DNA of 64,000 nt, taken from contig NC_042998.1 of assembly GCF_006345805.1 (NCBI RefSeq), positions 61,938,001 through 62,002,000 of the forward strand, in the 5' to 3' direction. A model generated the notes under the pieces. That model saw nothing but the letters and a program-made list of their open reading frames with translations, ran no database searches and was not told the origin of the DNA. The DNA is from Octopus sinensis. Its lineage: Eukaryota. Positions within the stretch are counted from its first letter, which is position 1. Every line of letters begins with the position of its first letter. Shown here in pieces: positions 52,761-64,000 of this stretch. The position numbers were made by a program, and so were the translations under genes.

Positions 52761-55190
52761 AGGTCAGGGACGAAATCTATTTTCTCACGCACCAGTTCGA
52801 ACGAGGAGGTCAATCCCAATCTAAATTATTTTTGTTAAAAATTAAAAATAGCTCGCATAATTCAACATTGACGTGGAGTTCATCCCCCACATCGAGATTT
52901 TAATTTCAATCACTATTTAAAACAATGTGTTTGTGTATGTGTAATCATTTGAGTTTGTAGAGTTAAATGTGTCACATAGGATCGAAAACTTCAAATGACA
53001 CCACAAGATTTTATTTTTATTTAAGGTAATTTGAGATACAAATAAGATTTATTCTATAACGGAAAAAAAAAAAAAATTATATGAATGAACATCATTTAAT
53101 TACATACATACTCAGTTGTACATATATGTCTGAGTGTGAGTATGTTCGTTTGTGTGTTTTACTCAATTATTCAGTGTAGGTATATTACTCTAATAGACTT
53201 CTGATAAGTATTTTGATAAGCTTGTTGGTCATCGACTCTACTTCCAGATCAGGTAGAATGTATTTTAAAGGGTCGGTGTGTGTGAAGGCCGATAGTCAGT
53301 CATAAGACAGTGGTATGGTTTAAGAATGAAGCAAATTGAGGTGTTCAAATCATTTCATCATAAACTAAAACGTCGTTTATGGACAACAAAAATGACCTGA
53401 TGTAAAGTAGCTATGGGCAATAATAGACAACAGGTTGCCAAATCAATACTAGATAGACACATGTACACACACATTTTACATTGATATATATATATAACAA
53501 AGTAAAATTGGAAGGTACCGCACATACACACAAACACACACACACATATACATACATACACATACATACATGGACACACACAAATCAAATAGATAGATAG
53601 ATATACATGTATATATGTGTGTATCTGTTTGTATATTTATATAATATACATACACGCACACACACATATATATATTATGTATATATAATATATATACATA
53701 TACATATACATACATGTGCGTGTGTGTGTATGCGTTTATATATACATATGTCTGTGCGTGTATACATATATATACACACACGTTTTATGATGTTTAGTGA
53801 CGCTTCAGTAGAAACAGTAGAATTTATAAGTTTAGATAAATTCTAATAGCAAAGATTTCAAATTGATCACTGCTAACATGATAGTCTTGGATATGTTTTA
53901 TTATTTTTTTTTAAATACATAAAACAACAACAATAATAATCCTTTCCACTTTAGGCACAAGGCCTGAAATTTGGGGGTAGGGGGTTAGTCGAATACATCG
54001 ACTGCTATTTATTTTATTGAACTCGAAAGGATGAAAGACAAAGTTCGGGGCTAACACAACAATAACAACGAAATAATAATAATAATAATAATAATATAAT
54101 AATAATATAATAATAATAATAATAATAGCGATAATGATGATGATTTCATCTATTTGCCACAAGGGCGAAGGATGAGGGGGGACAATATAAAGACAAATAT
54201 GATGTGTGTGATTTTACATATAATGAAATGATAGGGAAAAAAAGAAGAAAAAGTGGGGGTCATGTTACACGGTATACAGTGGAAAAGAAGGGACATATAC
54301 ACAGTATAGAAAGTTTTTTTTTTTTTAAATAAAAAGGTGGGGAGGAGGATGATAGAGATGGAATCCTCCTGATACGGGAGGACCTCTAGGGATAATTGAG
54401 GAACCCCGCTGTGAAAACCAAGAGCAAGTGCCCTCTCCAATTCGTTCTCTCTAAAAATCACCAGAAAGGCTGACAAGAAATTTATAATTTAAATAACAAG
54501 CAAAATCTAATTAAAATATATTAAATATATTTTACCTGGCCCGGAACGTTGAGCTTCTCTCTTTCAGTGTCATATTATAAAACTTACTTCTTGGCAAATC
54601 TTTTAAAAATTCAAGATTCTTTGTTATATAAATATTTATATAAATATAAAGAATGTTTTTGTTTTGTTTTTTCTCAATCAAGAAATCAAAATATATATTT
54701 TGAAATTGTTGTAAGATTCAGCAAAACCGATGTACTTTTTTTGGTTTTAAATTATATCAAATAAATAGAAAAACAGGTTTTGCTTTTGCTTGGTTTTTGA
54801 ATTGGTAAAGTTTTTCGAGATTTTTTTTCTTCCTTTTAGAATGAGATAAATTTCGAAATAAATTAAATTAAATTAAATTAATCAAGAGTGTAAATTTTTG
54901 TCAATATTTTGTCCAAGTTGTAGACTAAGATATATAAATATAATATTCAATATATTTGTATATTAATTAAGAGTAAACTTTGTTTAACTTGCTCTCCTTG
55001 TAGGATTACTTTCGGACTATTGTCTAAAGCGGACGAGCTTTCTCTATTTATACATAAATAGGCGGGTTTTTATGCCTACGCATACATACGTTTGAATATG
55101 GGTTTCTAAGAATCAACGTGTGTATGTTTATTTTTATGTTATATGTATCCATGTGTGTGTGTGTGTGTGTGTGGTGTGTATGTTTGAATC

Positions 55191-55194
<4 letters not shown>

Positions 55195-55224
<30 letters not shown>

Positions 55225-55336
55225 TGTATGTATGTATGTATGTATGTATGTATGTATGTAGTATGTATGTATGTATGTATGTATGTAGTATGTATGTATG
55301 TATGTATGTATGTATGTATGTATGTATGTATGTATG
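55195..55336. repeat. (TATG)n microsatellite
   Basis: Direct reading. Confidence 0.95.
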
Positions 55337-56042
55337 TTTCTCTGCATGTAGATATTCAGTGTGAATATAATTTTGTGTAAGTATACGTGTGTGTGTGCGG
55401 TTAATAGTGGGAAGGTATTGCTCTGAACGCATTTCATTGGTCAATCAGTCACAATGTCCAACAGGTGTCATAAAAAAATAAAAGGATACATAATTACCGA
55501 TAAGAATTTCCCTCAAAGATAACCCAACAACTACAAACGTGTAGTAATGACAAAACAGGTAAATGGACCAATAAAATATCGTAAAGTTTGGTTATTAGAG
55601 AATAAGATGTATCAAAAAAAAAAAAGTTAAAAACGTAGATATTCATTTATGTGGTGAGAAAGAAATGGACCTGTAAATGCAGACACTGCGTGTGTGTGTG
55701 TATGTGTATGTGTGTGTGTGTGCGCGCGCGCGCGTGTGTGTGAGAGAGAGAGAGAAAGAGAGAGAGTGTGTGTGTGTGTGTGAATAAGTGTTAACGTGTG
55801 AATTTCTTAGTAAAAAAGGAAATGAGAATCAACCGCTACAATTGACACTTCGGAAAATTACACTCATAATACGTGTTCATAGATGCGTTTAATATAATCG
55901 CATACGTAAATCCGTGTTTCTATGTATATCCACGCACATACATTTTATATGTTTAATGCACTTGGGCACTGTATACAATAATTTCATTATTATATATACT
56001 TATATATAAGTGTGCATTTATATTAATATATATATATATATC

Positions 56043-56101
<59 letters not shown>

Positions 56102-56102
56102 T

Positions 56103-56269
56103 GTGGTTGTATACTGTCAACTTAACGTGACAGTAAAGGAGTTACACCACCGCTGTTTAGCCCTAGGAAGCATCGACGCTTCCTGTCGGCCTCACACATT
56201 TCCTGTGTCCTTATATATTCCCTTATATAATTCCCTTACTGTCACGTTAAGTTGACAGTATACAACCAC
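56103..56269. mobile_element. 167-bp MITE with perfect 34-bp TIRs
   Basis: GTGGTTGTATACTGTCAACTTAACGTGACAGTAA at 56103-56136 and its exact reverse complement at 56236-56269. Confidence 0.8.
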
Positions 56270-56312
56270 TCTATCGCCCCACCACCGTACATATCTCTAT
56301 GAGATATTTAGA

Positions 56313-56372
<60 letters not shown>

Positions 56373-56593
56373 ATTAATATACACATACACACACACACAC
56401 ACACACATATGCACACATTCAATTAGGGGTTAAATTAGCCTCGTGTTAAGGGATGGTATTATCCATTGAATTACTGGTTTAATACCTGATATTTGTTGTG
56501 AATAATAATATTCATAAAACGATAGGTTTATAATCATTCAAAAGAAAGTAAGAAAATGGAGATATAACAACTTATAAAAATTTATTATTTATT

Positions 56594-57010
56594 TCCATTA
56601 TTTACATTGGATGGATGTGTGTCCTCATCTTGTTTGTTATTACCACAACGTTTCGGCTGATTTTCTCTCCACCCTTCATCAGGTGTCCTGGTGGAATTTT
56701 GAACCCAACCTGGGTTCTCATTCCTAAGGTTTTTTTTTTTTGCTGATGTTATTATTATCCCAAGATTCTGAGTTCAATTCCAGGCAATGCCTTGAATAAA
56801 TAACAACAACAACAAGAATAACAATAATAATAATAACATCAGCAAAAAAATACCTTAAGAATGAGAACCCAGGGGTGGGTTAAAAATTCTACCAGGACAC
56901 CTGATGAAGGCTGGAGAGTAAATCAGCTGAAATGTTGTGGTAACAACGAACAAGATGAGGACACATATCCATCCAATGTAAATAATGTACAGAATTCCTC
57001 ATTTCTAAAA
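56594..57010. mobile_element. Foldback Penelope-like element, two ~160-bp inverted arms each with a hammerhead-like motif
   Basis: Arms at about 56594-56757 and 56826-56988. CTGATGA...GAAAC on minus (56642-56688) and a CpG-decayed copy on plus (56894-56940). Confidence 0.7.
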
Positions 57011-57270
57011 TATTGAATAATGAAAATTTATTTATTAAATTTTTATTAAATGTTATATCTCCATTTCTTTCCTTCTTATGAATGATTATAAACCATGATA
57101 TATATGTACATACACGTACACACACATATATAAATTAATATACACATACACTTATATATATATATATCATCATCATCATCATCATCATCGTTTAACGTCC
57201 GCTTTCCATGCTAGCATGGGTTGGACGGTTCAACTGGGTTATATATATATATATATAAATATGTATATAT

Positions 57271-57660
57271 ACTAGCAGTATAGCCCAGCGTTGCTTCTTT
57301 TCAACCCTTTAGAATTGGAATTTTTGAAAAGTAAATATTTTGCATTATGTAGCTTGTTATTCTCTTTAAGTGAACATTTTTCTGGTTGAAATACACTGAA
57401 AAATGGCGACACAGCAGTAAAAAAATCGTAAAAAAATAGGGATTTTCATAGAAAAAAAGCACCTTTACGATGTAAATAATTTGTGGTGTTAACATGGTTC
57501 GATTTGAATTTTTTCTTCTACAGAAGGAAGAGCAAGACTTCTTCTATCATACTTTCAATTTTGGTCAACTTGCATTGCAGGGTCTTGGAGGAGATAGTGT
57601 TAGTTGAAGGCTACCAAACCTGCCATACACAGACAACTTCACCTTTATATATATATAGAT
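57271..57660 (+). mobile_element. Helitron/DINE-like non-autonomous element
   Basis: Starts ACTAGCAGTATAGCCCAGCGTTGC and ends ...CTTTATATATATATAGAT, termini resembling DINE-1/Lep1-type elements (recognised from memory). Confidence 0.5.
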
Positions 57661-58272
57661 TTACATTTCAAAAATTTAACAAAAACATAACAAACGTCCA
57701 AAAGGTCCTTACAATTTCATGCCTTATTATGTTGTCATGGGGGTGGTCATTATGCCAATAATAGTAAACACACACACAGTTTTAGTATAATTTCTTTATT
57801 ATTAGTAATTGCATTGAGGTGGTCTGCCTTGAAGAATAAGGGCATGTCATTGATGAGCTCATGAATAGTGATGAAATAACTTTGACAAACAAACAGCTGA
57901 TTGATTGCTTAGGTAATACAATAAAGAAAAAAAAATTAGTTAATTGGTTAGATATCTAACTGATTGACTAGTAATATAGAAATGATATTGAGCCGGAGTA
58001 TATCTTTATTATTAACATTGTAATGACCCTCACATTAAGGCAAAATTTGTTGCAACACACAAATTCACATCAAGAATCTTGCAAACCAAATATGTGTGTG
58101 TGTGTGTATGTGTGTGTCAGTATATATGTGTGTGAGTATATGTGTGTGTGTGAGTATACATGTGTGTGAGTATATATATATGTGTGTGTGTGAGTATACA
58201 TGTGTGTGAGTTTATATATATATGTGTGAGTATGTGTGTGTGTATATGTGTGTGTGTGATATATATGTGTGA

Positions 58273-58310
<38 letters not shown>

Positions 58311-58887
58311 TGTGTGTTAAAGCACATGGCTTTGTGGTTAGGATATTTCGTTCACGATTATAGGATCATGAATTCAATTCCCGGCGGCGCATTGTGTCCT
58401 CCAGCAAGACACTATATTTCATGGTGCCCCAGTCCACTCAGCTGGCAAAAATGAGTTGCACCTATGTTTCAAGGGGCCAGCCTTGTCATACTCTGTGTCA
58501 CGCTGAATCTCCATGAGAATTATGTGAACGGGTATGCGTGTCTGTGGAGTGTTCAGCCACTTGCACGTTAATTTCACGAGCAGGCTGTTCTGTTGATCAG
58601 ATCAACTGGAACCCTCGTTGTGGTGACCAACAGAGTGGCACATATGTATGTACTATGTAAGTATATATATCATCATCATCATTATCATAGCTTTCTGTCC
58701 ATTTTCTATGCTGGCATGGGTTGGATGGTTTAACAAGAGCTGGACAGCTTGAGAGCTGTCTGGACTGCAAATTGTCGGTTATGGCATTATGTATATATAT
58801 TCCAACCCATGCTAGCATGGAAAGCGGATGTTAAACGATGATGATGATTATATATATATATATAGATATATATATATATATATAAAT

Positions 58888-58958
<71 letters not shown>

Positions 58959-58992
58959 ATATATATATATATATATAAATTTATATATATAT

Positions 58993-59421
58993 AAATTCAG
59001 CAAACACCAGAACATAAGTGGGTAAGACAAATCAAAATATACAAAATAAAGAATTAATCGTAGACTAGTTCGCCATTAATGATATTTACTTACGTAACAA
59101 CATCCATGACTCTTCAGCATGACCGTTCTAATTCAATATAATTTGCAGAACTATATACAGATTGTCCTCATAAAATTAGACGTGTGTACAGTTCTACCGA
59201 TTACATTGGGGTTATTTTCAAATGTTTCGGCTTTAATTTTATGAGGACAATCTGTATATAGTTCTGCAAATCATATTGAATTAGAATGGTCGTACTGAAG
59301 AACCACGGATGTCGTTACGTAAGTAAAATCATTAATGCCGAAACTAGTCTATGATTAATTCTTTATTTTTTGTATATCTTCATTTGTCTTACTCACTTAT
59401 GTTCTGGTGTTTGCTGAATTT
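58993..59421. mobile_element. Foldback element with ~186-bp inverted arms, each with a type I hammerhead ribozyme remnant
   Basis: Arms 58993-59178 and 59234-59421, with a 55-bp spacer. Confidence 0.8.
59289..59355 (+). ncRNA. Minimal type I hammerhead ribozyme motif (stem II mutated)
   Basis: GUCGUA-CUGAAGA-[stem II]-GAAAC-UA-GUC|UAUGAU. Stem I pairs 6/6 including two G-U. Confidence 0.6.
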
Positions 59422-59622
59422 TTCTAGAGAACATTCTTTTCATTTGTGGGTAGATCGTAGGTGATCTATTTCTAGCATATTGGATGTCCACTTAGTGGTC
59501 ATCCCTTCTTATATGCATGTAATACAATTTTCTGAATTTTGAGATTTTTCTATGTGCTAGGCCACTGGTTTTAAATCGATGTTAATTAAATTAATATTCA
59601 ATTTATCACCCTCATTATTTAG

Positions 59623-59659
<37 letters not shown>

Positions 59660-59663
<4 letters not shown>

Positions 59664-60365
59664 TCTCACTGAGGAAATGACTAGAGACCGAAACCTCTGG
59701 AAGTGTGCTGTGCGCGAGAAGACCCGGCAGGACAAGTGAGTCCATAACCCGTGGCCTCCTACATGGGATGGAGCCAGCCTACGTATGCATACCTTCCCTT
59801 CTTGGGACACAAAACTCTACTTGTGAAGACGTGATGAGGCAAGTGAGGATCAGAATCGAAATCGATCAATGGAAATTGCAGATGTGCTACCAGTGCCGGT
59901 GGCATGTCAAAACTCTGCTTGTGAAGACCCATTGAGGCAAGTGACGATCAGAATCGAAATCGATCAATGGAAATCGATCAATGGAAATCGATCAATGGAA
60001 ATTGCAGATGTGTTACCAGTGCCGGTGGCATGTAAGAGAACTTTCCGTTTCGCGACCGTTGCCAGCACCGCCCCGTTTCGTGTCCGTTGCCAGCCTCGCC
60101 TGGCCCTCGTGCCGGTGGCACATAAAAAGCACCATCCGTTTGTGGCCGTTTGCCAGCTCTGTCTGGCACCAGTGCGGGTGGCACGTAAAAAGCACCCACT
60201 ACACTCACGGAGTAGTTGGCGTTAGGAAGGGCATCCAGCCGTAGAAACACTGCCAGATTTGACTGGGCCTGATGAAGCCTTCTGGCTTCACAGACCCCAG
60301 TAGAACCGTCCAACCCATGCTAGCATGGAAAACGGACGCTAAACGATGATGATGATGATGATGAT
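59660..60365 (+). mobile_element. 3' end of an RTE-clade LINE (last codons, 3'UTR, (GAT)n tail)
   Basis: GLTEEMTRDRNLWKCAVREKTRQDK* followed by a 3'UTR ending gctagcatggaaaacggacgctaaacgatgatgat. Confidence 0.8.
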
Positions 60366-60573
60366 ATATGTATGTATGGACTTCTTTCAGGTTCATCTAC
60401 CAAATCCAATCACAGGGCCTTATTTGGCCTGTGGCTATAGTAGAAGACACTTGCAACAAGGTGCCGTACTGTGGGACTAAACCCAGAGCCATGTGGTTGG
60501 AAAACAAACTACACCTGTGCTTATACATACATACATACATACACATACATACATACATACATACATACATACA

Positions 60574-60608
<35 letters not shown>

Positions 60609-60730
60609 TGTTTGTCTGTCCAATGAATAATAAATGTATTTGTCAAGATAAAAAAAGACCTTTCTTTTCCACCTTCTATTTTGGGTTTTCCCTTTATCCC
60701 ACTAAAATAACTCATTTAAATACAATCTGC

Positions 60731-60766
<36 letters not shown>

Positions 60767-61269
60767 TATATATATATATATTATATATATATATATGTAT
60801 GTATGCATTTATGTATGTATGTATGTATGTATGTATGTATGTATGAATGCTTGATGGGACCTGTTTTTGGAGAGCATCGTTGTTACTATAATTTATATTT
60901 TATGTTGTTGCTGTTGCTATTGTTGTTAGTTGTAGCAGGATCATTGTGGGGGTAAGTGTGTACTATCATATAATATGAATGGCAGTGGCAGTGCTGTTAC
61001 TGATGATGATGGTGGTAGTGGTGATGTTGACAGAGAGGTTATATTAGTAATGCCTATAAATTTTCATCATAGTTTTTTTTTTTTTTACCTTTTCCTTTTT
61101 ACTGTAAATGCTATTCAACACTCATGCGTTATGCAGTCATAGCAAATCTATTATTAAATACAAAAAATATTGACACACATGAAACAAGTTTATGTTAGAA
61201 TTTCAAGGAAAAGACAAAATTTACCTGGAAATTTTCCGTTTCCTTTCATGTTTTTTTTCTAATGAATAA

Positions 61270-61640
61270 TCAGGCACAGGCATGGCTGCGTGGTAAGAAG
61301 CTTGCTTTCCAACCGCAAGATTCCAGGTTCAGTCCCACTGCATGGTACCTTTGACGAGTGTCTTCTACTATAGCCTCAGGCCAACCAAAGCCTTGTGAGT
61401 GAAGTTGGTAAATGGAAACTGAAAGAAGCTTGTGGTATGTGTGTGTGTTTGTGGGGGGGGGTCTGTGTTTCTCCACCAACACCATTTGACAATCGGTGTT
61501 GGTGTGTTTATATCCCTATAACTAGTGCTCTGGCAAAAGAGACCAATAAAATAGGTACCAGGGTCAATTCATTTGACTAAAAATTGTTCAAGGTGGTGCC
61601 CCAGCATGGCCACAGTCTAAGGACTGAAACAAGTAAAAGA
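61270..61640 (+). mobile_element. tRNA-derived SINE
   Basis: Same family as 7088-7490. Confidence 0.85.
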
Positions 61641-61865
61641 ACCAGTTCATGGTTTCTGATTTCAAACCACCACTTGAATTTTGGTAAGGCCCTTTGAAAG
61701 ACATTCTATATTAGGTGTCATCAAGCCCCTTACTGCCTGCATTTTGATGCAGCCTCATGAAGTGCATCCTATGCAAGGTGTCTTCAAACACTTACTAAGT
61801 TATAAGCATTAAACACCTGATCTTTAATGAACATTACCTTCAAATTACCTGGTTGTTATATCATT

Positions 61866-62478
61866 CTCATCATCATTGTTTAACGTCTGCCTTCCATGCT
61901 GGCAAGGGTTGGATGATTTGACTGAAGACTCCAATCTGATCTGACAAAGTTTCTACAGCTGGATACCCTTCCCAACGCCAACCACTCCTAGAGTGTAGTA
62001 GGTGCTTTTTACGCACCAGCAGCATGGGAGCCAGTCAAGTGGAACTAGCATCGACCATGTTCGAATGATGCTTTTTCCATGCCACCAGCACAGGAGCCAG
62101 TCAGATGGCACTTCATTGACCTTACTCAAATGGTGCTTTCTCTGTGCCACGGGCACAGGTGTCAGTCAGGTGGAACTGGCATTGACCACACTCAAATGGT
62201 GCTTTTTATGTGCTACCGACACGGGAGCCAGTCAGGTGTCACTGGCATTGACTATGCTCATATGGTGCTTTTTATGTGACACCAGCACAGGAGCCAGTCA
62301 GATGGCACTTCATTGACCTTACTCAAATGGTGCTTTTACTATGCTACTGGCATTGGGACCAGTCAGACAGCACTGGCATCGACCTTGCACCAATGGTGCC
62401 TTTTCTGTGCCACCAGCACGGGGGCCAGTCAGGTGGCACTTGCATCAACCACACTCAAATAGTGCCTTTTACATGCCA
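61866..62478 (-). mobile_element. RTE-tail element with an expanded internal array of about 7 x 65-66 bp units (62030-62478)
   Basis: Unit about agccagtcaggtggcactggcattgaccacactcaaatggtgctttttatgtgccaccggcacagg. Confidence 0.85.
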
Positions 62479-63199
62479 TTCCCACATCATGTTACAGAAA
62501 CTGAAATCAAGTTCAGGCCAAAATCAATCCTTGATGGATACTATAATGGTGAGTAAAGCAGCAAACTAGCAGGCTTGTTAGCATGTCAGACCACATGTTT
62601 AATGGCATTTCCTTTGGTACTTTATATTCTGAATTCAAATTTTACTGAGGTCAACTTTGCCTTTGGTCCTTTTAGGATCAATGAAAAATAAAGAACCAGT
62701 CAAGTAATGAGGTGAAAGCTATGAACCCTCATTTCATAATTACTGGCATTAAATCCTGCAACAGACAAGGATCCCATTCAGGAGAAATGCTGTGATTTTG
62801 GTCGCTCATACACCATAGAAGCTGCATAACCAGCCTTAAGATTTCTAGGACTCAAGAAACAGAAAAATCTGTAATGGTGGGCACTAGAGTAGAAAGATCT
62901 GAACAATGGTCCATTTCACTTTATAGGCCCCTATTCATATGTTATTGTGACATTTAACAGTTTGAAATTTGGCATAGACTGAAAACAAAATAGCAGTGTT
63001 CTTTGAAATTATCCTGCATACATGTATAAGCAGTCCTTCTGGTTATTGCGCATGGCTAAAATAACGGCTGATGAATTCTATGTAGACAAAAAATTGGGTT
63101 TTTTTGTCTGATTCATTTTTAAGAAAATGTAAATGCACATTGATACTCAGATGTGTGTATAGGTGTGGGAGTATGTGTGGGTTTGTGTTTACACACACA

Positions 63200-63317
63200 C
63201 AAATATACATGTGTGTGTGTGTGCATATATATATATATATATATATGTATGTATATATATACATATATATATATATATATACATACACACACACACAAAT
63301 ATGTGTGTGTATTTATA

Positions 63318-63356
<39 letters not shown>

Positions 63357-63608
63357 GATAGATAGATAGGTAGATACATACATACATACATACATTACAT
63401 ACATACATACATTACATACATACATACACATACATACATATACATACATACATACCACATACATACATACACATACATACATACATACACATACATACAT
63501 ACATACATACATACACACACATACATACATACATAACATACATACACATACATACTACATACATACATACATACCACATACATACATACATACACATACA
63601 TACATACA

Positions 63609-63639
<31 letters not shown>

Positions 63640-63782
63640 CACATACATACATACACATACATACACACATACATACATACATACATACATACATACATAC
63701 ATACATACATACATACATACATACATACATACAGATATATATATAGATATATACATATACATATTGGTACACACACACACAT
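63200..63782. repeat. Compound (TA)n/(CATA)n/(CA)n microsatellite field
   Basis: Direct reading. Confidence 0.95.
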
Positions 63783-64000
63783 ATATTCTTTTATTCTTTT
63801 ACTTGTTTCAATCATTTGACTGTGGCCATGCTGGAGTACCGCCTTGAAGGGTTTCAGTCAAACAAATCGACCACAGGACTTTTTTTAAAGCCTAGTACTT
63901 ACTTTATCAATCTCTTACACTGAACCTCTAAGTTATGGGGACATAAAACCAGCAACACCGGTTGTCAAGTGGTAATGGGGGACAAATGCAGACACAAAGA
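63783..64000 (-). mobile_element. tRNA-derived SINE 3' half, running off the window edge
   Basis: cttgtttcaatcatttgactgtggccatgctggag, the reverse complement of the family tail. Confidence 0.85.

Noticed and set aside
60368-60955. 195-aa ORF
   Set aside because: An antisense SINE plus (CATA)n and (TA)n microsatellites.
62030-62478. CRISPR-like array
   Set aside because: Units are contiguous with no unique spacers, the context is eukaryotic, and the array sits inside a retroelement tail.
63043-63815. Multiple CMYV/YIHT-repeat ORFs (likewise at 10.7-11.4, 44.2-44.7, 46.9-47.3, 49.7-50.3, 53.4-53.8 and 55.0-55.4 kb)
   Set aside because: Di- and tetranucleotide microsatellite translation artefacts.

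Overview
Eukaryotic, AT-rich, microsatellite- and SINE-saturated genomic DNA. The repeat families look like those I associate with Octopus genomes; this is an inference from recognition, not a search. The one clear host gene is on the minus strand at about 18.7-33.3 kb. It has six coding exons that join in frame through canonical GT-AG sites to give about 584 aa. The product is a Bcl-2-family protein of the Bcl-G (BCL2L14)/Bfk type: an N-terminal BH4-like helix, a ~430-aa Ser/Lys/Glu-rich insert, a DEVD|G caspase-type site just upstream of a BH3-like LxxxAD motif, a BH2 ending in GGW at the family-typical intron, and no transmembrane anchor. The rest is mobile DNA: fragments of Tx1/L1, CR1, RTE and RLE-type LINEs, Tc1/mariner relics, hAT- and piggyBac-type MITEs, a Helitron-like element and many tRNA-derived SINEs. 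Most unusual are three Penelope-like elements (8.5-8.8, 56.6-57.0 and 59.0-59.4 kb; the latter two are full foldbacks) that carry recognisable minimal type I hammerhead ribozyme motifs. CpG density rises sharply at about 35 kb, just upstream of the gene. Most ORF-track entries are microsatellite artefacts. Everything was read by eye; no searches or folding programs were run.
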